DNA of 64,000 nucleotides from Calditrichales bacterium (GTDB lineage Bacteria; Calditrichota; Calditrichia; Calditrichales; J004): NCBI GenBank assembly GCA_965267575.1, contig OZ254086.1, positions 1,824,001 to 1,888,000 of the forward strand, read 5' to 3'. Shown piece by piece: positions 60,408 to 64,000 of this stretch (position 1 is its first letter; each line of letters starts with the position of its first letter). The notes under the pieces were generated by a model. It saw only the letters and a program-made list of their open reading frames with translations, ran no database searches and was not told where the DNA came from. The position numbers and the translations under genes were made by a program.

Positions 60408-61358
60408 ATGCGAAAAATGTGGATACTTTTTAGCCTGATGCTGGCGCTTGTTGTGGTCGGCTGCGCAAGCTCCCGCTATTATGACCTGGGAACGGTGCAG
60501 TTTGAGGATTTTGACTACGGCTTCGCTGTAAAAAAAGTGGCTATAAAAAATATTAATGTGGCGTTGATTGATGAAGGTAGCGGAGACGAGACGTTGGTTT
60601 TAGTTCACGGACTCGGTACCAACGCCAAAGCCTGGAATCAGAATATTGCTGCCCTGGCCGAAAGCTTCCGCGTTATCGCGCTGGACCTGCCGGGTTATGG
60701 TAAATCCGAGAAAGGCTATTTTATATTCTCAATGGATTTTCACGCTGAAGTGATTGCCGGAGTTCTGGACGCGTTGAATATAGAAAAGGCTGTGCTCGTG
60801 GGTCATTCCATGGGCGGGCAGATTGCCATGACGGCCGCGCTCAACTATCCCGACAGAGTGAGCAAGCTGGTGCTGATCGCCCCGGCCGGTTTTGAGCGTT
60901 TTACGGATGGCGAAGCGGCCTGGTTTAAGAAAGCGGTTACGCCCACTTTTGTAAAAGAAACACCGATCCGCAACATTGACGTCAACGTAAAATCCAATTT
61001 TTACGAGATGCCTGATGAGGCCGAATTCCTTGTCACCGAGCGTATCCAAATGCGCAAGGCTGATGATTTTGAACTCTACTGTTACGCCGTGGCCAAAAAT
61101 GTCGCCGCGATGGTTGACGGGCCTGTCTACGAGCGCCTGGAAGAGATCACTCAGCCTACGCTGATCATTTTTGGTGAGAACGATGCCCTGATACCCAACC
61201 CCTATCTGCATGGCGGCTTTACCGCGGAGATCGGGGCTATTGGGCAGGAAAAGATCGACGGCAGCACACTGGTTATGATTCCCGAATGCGGCCACTTGGT
61301 GCCTATGGAAAAACCGCATCTTACCAACAGCCTTATAGAAAACTTTGTAAAAGAATAA
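60408..61358 (+). CDS. Alpha/beta hydrolase lipoprotein
   Basis: Lipobox VVGC, VHGL, DLPGYGKS, GHSMGG, GEND, CGH. Confidence 0.92.
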   Translation: MRKMWILFSLMLALVVVGCASSRYYDLGTVQFEDFDYGFAVKKVAIKNINVALIDEGSGDETLVLVHGLGTNAKAWNQNIAALAESFRVIALDLPGYGKSEKGYFIFSMDFHAEVIAGVLDALNIEKAVLVGHSMGGQIAMTAALNYPDRVSKLVLIAPAGFERFTDGEAAWFKKAVTPTFVKETPIRNIDVNVKSNFYEMPDEAEFLVTERIQMRKADDFELYCYAVAKNVAAMVDGPVYERLEEITQPTLIIFGENDALIPNPYLHGGFTAEIGAIGQEKIDGSTLVMIPECGHLVPMEKPHLTNSLIENFVKE

Positions 61359-61384
61359 AAAAAGCCCGTTTCGGCGGGCTTTTA
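61357..61384. terminator. Bidirectional terminator
   Basis: aaaagcccg-tttcgg-cgggctttt between convergent genes. Confidence 0.8.
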
Positions 61385-61386
61385 GT

Positions 61387-61743
61387 TTAGAAGGGTTTAT
61401 ACACGGCGAGATAGGCGGCAATAAAGCCAAACATCAAAGCCAGGTACCACCAGATGGTCGATTGTCCGGGATTACGACGGATGATCACAACAAGCGTTCC
61501 CAGCACCAGCCAGATGATCAGCTTTACAATAACCCAGCCGGGAAAACCAATCCCCAGTTTGGCCAGTAGCCCGAAGCCCGCGACAAGCAGAAACAGTAGA
61601 CCCACGCCATGATTGACCATCAACAGTTTCTTGAAGGTGTCCGGTGGTGCCTGCATCTGGCTTTTAACGACGGTGCCGCCGATGGAAAGAAATATCAGGA
61701 ATATCCCGATAAAGTGCAGCATTTTGTAAAATTCGTAAGACAT
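61387..61743 (-). CDS. Small four-helix membrane protein
   Basis: YKMLHFIG, HGVGL, GWVIVKL, VYKPF. Confidence 0.8.
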   Translation of the reverse strand: MSYEFYKMLHFIGIFLIFLSIGGTVVKSQMQAPPDTFKKLLMVNHGVGLLFLLVAGFGLLAKLGIGFPGWVIVKLIIWLVLGTLVVIIRRNPGQSTIWWYLALMFGFIAAYLAVYKPF

Positions 61744-61832
61744 AATTAAGGCTCCGTATTATTGAAACGAATTATGTAACGCGTCATTAATCTTGCGCTT
61801 GTGAAACCTGCAATTTATTGGATTTATTTTAA

Positions 61833-62288
61833 ATGTCCCAAATTTTCGTTCTGAGTGGTCCTACGGGCTCGGGCAAATCGACACGGCTTTTTGGCTGGTT
61901 AAAAAAACAGACCTCTGCCGCAGGTGTGTTGCAGCTTGTGGAAGACGGCAGACGCTGGCTGCTCTCCTGGCCCGATGGGGAAATTCGTCCGTTGGAAGAG
62001 TTAAGCCATCCTCATGATGGCCTGATTGTGGGGCGTTTTGTTTTCAGCCGCGATGCGCTGGCCTGGGGACGGGAAGCGCTACGACAGGCCGCTAACCGGC
62101 AGCCGGACTGGCTGGTTATCGACGAAATAGGCAAGCTGGAGTTGCGCGACCAGGGATTGGAGCCGGAATTGGGCCGCGTTATCAAAAACAATACGGCAAA
62201 AAAAGGTCTCATCCTTGTTGTGCGCGATGAATTATTCGAGAATGTGCTAAAAAAATATGGGATTAAAGAATACAGCGCATTCGAATAG
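61833..62288 (+). CDS. Nucleoside-triphosphatase (NTPase_1/THEP1-like)
   Basis: SGPTGSGKST, VGRFVF, VIDEIGKLE. Confidence 0.82.
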   Translation: MSQIFVLSGPTGSGKSTRLFGWLKKQTSAAGVLQLVEDGRRWLLSWPDGEIRPLEELSHPHDGLIVGRFVFSRDALAWGREALRQAANRQPDWLVIDEIGKLELRDQGLEPELGRVIKNNTAKKGLILVVRDELFENVLKKYGIKEYSAFE

Positions 62289-62365
62289 GTTAAGCTCTCA
62301 TCAAGAATTCAAAGCTGTTGCGCGAGATATCATGATAACACCGGGACGAAAAGATCCTTAATCTC

Positions 62366-63262
62366 TCATTTCTTTTGTTTTGAAGCATGGGTACGTTCCC
62401 GCACAAAAACAATCCCCGTAAAAATAATGATCATACCCACCAGCAATTTCCAGGTAACCGGTTCATCCAGTACAAACCAGCCCCAGACTAAAGCCAACGG
62501 CGGTGTAACATATGTGATCATTGAGATCATAACGGCTGACGTAGTTTTCAGAATCCAGAAGTAGAGCAGGAAGGTTGTAGCCGTTCCGATAATGCCCAGG
62601 TAAAACAGCGTAAACAGCGCCATCGGGCTAAAATTTACGGTGGCATCGGTCTCGAATATAAATGAGAGCATCAGAAAGGAAAGTCCGGCATAAAGCATGG
62701 GCAGCGTGTTCAGCATAACCGGGTGGTAGCGGTTTCGCGCAATTTTTCCCTGTATGGTACCGTAAGCAGAAAAGACCGGGCTTAACAAGACACCAAGCAT
62801 CGCCCAGTATCCAAGCGGGTGGTCCACGATAAGATGGTCGCTGAAGATAAGCAAAACACCGCCAAAACCGATGGTGATCCCAAGCATCTTACGCAAAGTA
62901 ACATTTTCAGCGGGCAGCATTTTTATCGAAAACAGCGCTGTATAAAACGGCATCACTGAGAACAAAACGCTGGTCAATCCGGAGTTTATATACTGCTCAC
63001 CCCAGTACACCAGGCCATAGCTGAAAGTAAAGATCATAAAGCTGAACAAAAACAGAAAGCGGTGTTCGGCCAGGCCTTTGGGAAAAGGCAGACGCATCTT
63101 TAAGGCAATCATAAATAAAACCACAAAGGCTAATAGAAAACGCAGGCCTGCTGAAAGAAAGGGCGGCATGTAGCCCAGGCCCAGTTTTATCACCAGCCAG
63201 GTGCTGCTCCAGATAAGGGACAGGATAACAATGGTGAGAACCGCTACGGTGCTTTTTTTCAT
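62366..63262 (-). CDS. EamA/DMT family transporter
   Basis: IWSSTW, PPFLSAGLRF, about 10 TM helices, two EamA repeats. Confidence 0.92.
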   Translation of the reverse strand: MKKSTVAVLTIVILSLIWSSTWLVIKLGLGYMPPFLSAGLRFLLAFVVLFMIALKMRLPFPKGLAEHRFLFLFSFMIFTFSYGLVYWGEQYINSGLTSVLFSVMPFYTALFSIKMLPAENVTLRKMLGITIGFGGVLLIFSDHLIVDHPLGYWAMLGVLLSPVFSAYGTIQGKIARNRYHPVMLNTLPMLYAGLSFLMLSFIFETDATVNFSPMALFTLFYLGIIGTATTFLLYFWILKTTSAVMISMITYVTPPLALVWGWFVLDEPVTWKLLVGMIIIFTGIVFVRERTHASKQKK

Positions 63263-63309
63263 AATAGTTTATTTTGAAGGAAGAATAAAATTAGCAAAAA
63301 GGCGGAAAT

Positions 63310-63339
63310 AAAAAAACCCGCCGTGAAGCGGGTTTTTTT
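63310..63339 (-). terminator. Terminator after tRNA cluster
   Basis: aaaaaaacccgc-cgtgaa-gcgggttttttt. Confidence 0.85.
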
Positions 63340-63343
63340 GATG

Positions 63344-63416
63344 TACTCCCAAGGGGATTCGAACCCCTGTCGCCGCCGTGAAAGGGCGGTGTCCTAGGCC
63401 TCTAGACGATGGGAGC
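63344..63416 (-). tRNA. tRNA-Glu(TTC)
   Basis: GCTCCCA...CCGCC-CT-TTC-AC-GGCGG...GGTTCGAATCC. Confidence 0.96.
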
Positions 63417-63445
63417 GTTTTTAAAGAGCCTCTTATAATCGATTG

Positions 63446-63520
63446 GGTGAGTGATGGGATTTGAACCCACGACCCCCAGAGCCACAATCTGGTGCTCTAA
63501 CCAACTGAGCTACACCCACC
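63446..63520 (-). tRNA. tRNA-His(GTG)
   Basis: G-1 present; CCAGA-TT-GTG-GC-TCTGG; GGTTCAAATCC. Confidence 0.96.
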
Positions 63521-63532
63521 ATATAATTTCTC

Positions 63533-63609
63533 TGGTACGCCCTGGAGGACTCGAACCTCCGACCGACTGCTTAGAAGGCAGTTGCTCTATCCAGCTGAGC
63601 TAAGGGCGC
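63533..63609 (-). tRNA. tRNA-Arg(TCT)
   Basis: ACTGC-CT-TCT-AA-GCAGT; GGTTCGAGTCC; encoded CCA. Confidence 0.96.
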
Positions 63610-63617
63610 AGCGTGTG

Positions 63618-63692
63618 TCGGGGTGAGAGGATTCGAACCTCCGACCCCCTGCTCCCAAGGCAGGTGCGCTAACCAGGCTGCGCCACACCCCG
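63618..63692 (-). tRNA. tRNA-Pro(TGG)
   Basis: CGGGGTG...CCTGC-CT-TGG-GA-GCAGG...GGTTCGAATCC. Confidence 0.96.
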
Positions 63693-63765
63693 ATAGATGC
63701 CTTCAATCTCAAGAGCCGCTAATATACAGAGCCCTATAAATCATGTCAAACAAAAAAAGCGCTTC

Positions 63766-64000
63766 TTAACCGCCCAAAAAGTCACGGAATTTGCGCAAGG
63801 CATCGGCCCGGTGGCTGATGCTGTTTTTTTGTTCCTTTTCCAACTCGGCAAAGGTTTTGTTTTGTTCCGGCACAATGAATAGCGGATCGTAGCCAAAGCC
63901 TTTATCTCCCTGTGTTTCAAAGCCGATGGTGCCGTGGCAGAGTCCGTAGAATGTGTGCTCTTCTCCGCCGTCCACATAAGCGAGGACGCACTCGAAATAG
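63766..64000 (-). CDS. rdgB: RdgB/HAM1 non-canonical purine NTP pyrophosphatase, 3' part (truncated by window edge)
   Basis: [20 protein letters not shown]; frame open to the window end. Confidence 0.9.
   Translation of the reverse strand, partial: YFECVLAYVDGGEEHTFYGLCHGTIGFETQGDKGFGYDPLFIVPEQNKTFAELEKEQKNSISHRADALRKFRDFLGG

Noticed and set aside
63269-63487. 72-aa ORF
   Set aside because: Overlaps tRNA-Glu, tRNA-His and their terminator

Overview
Bacterial chromosomal window, probably FCB group and most like Calditrichota (inferred from a YPNPFNP-type C-terminal sorting domain and gene content). Housekeeping blocks: ssb-cdd-udk-tdk-nupC-sppA-pgsA-punA; uppS-folC-rho-rpmE2-prfA; lepA-lepB-hemW; polX, plsX, four tRNAs and a partial rdgB. 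Five accessory modules stand out. (1) An array of four paralogous secreted micropeptide genes with a conserved AT[IV]IP[LI]PPPPAP core (16652-17487), three of them missed by the ORF track. (2) An exported protein/FecR/outer-membrane barrel/CHASE2 adenylate cyclase cluster. (3) A decaying RHS toxin-immunity cassette array with DNRLRE-like homology arms, bracketed by a repeat that an AAA+ ATPase gene has split. (4) A Dlt-like operon (LLM monooxygenase, DltA-like adenylation enzyme, sugar dehydrogenase, formyltransferase, DltC-like carrier, GNAT) lacking DltB/DltD. (5) A GbsR/MarR-associated uptake-catabolism operon whose FabH homologue lacks the catalytic His and Asn, with a shared CGTTT-N10-AAACG candidate operator. 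No CRISPR array, rRNA, transposase or integrase was seen. All family assignments come from motif recognition by eye; no searches were run.
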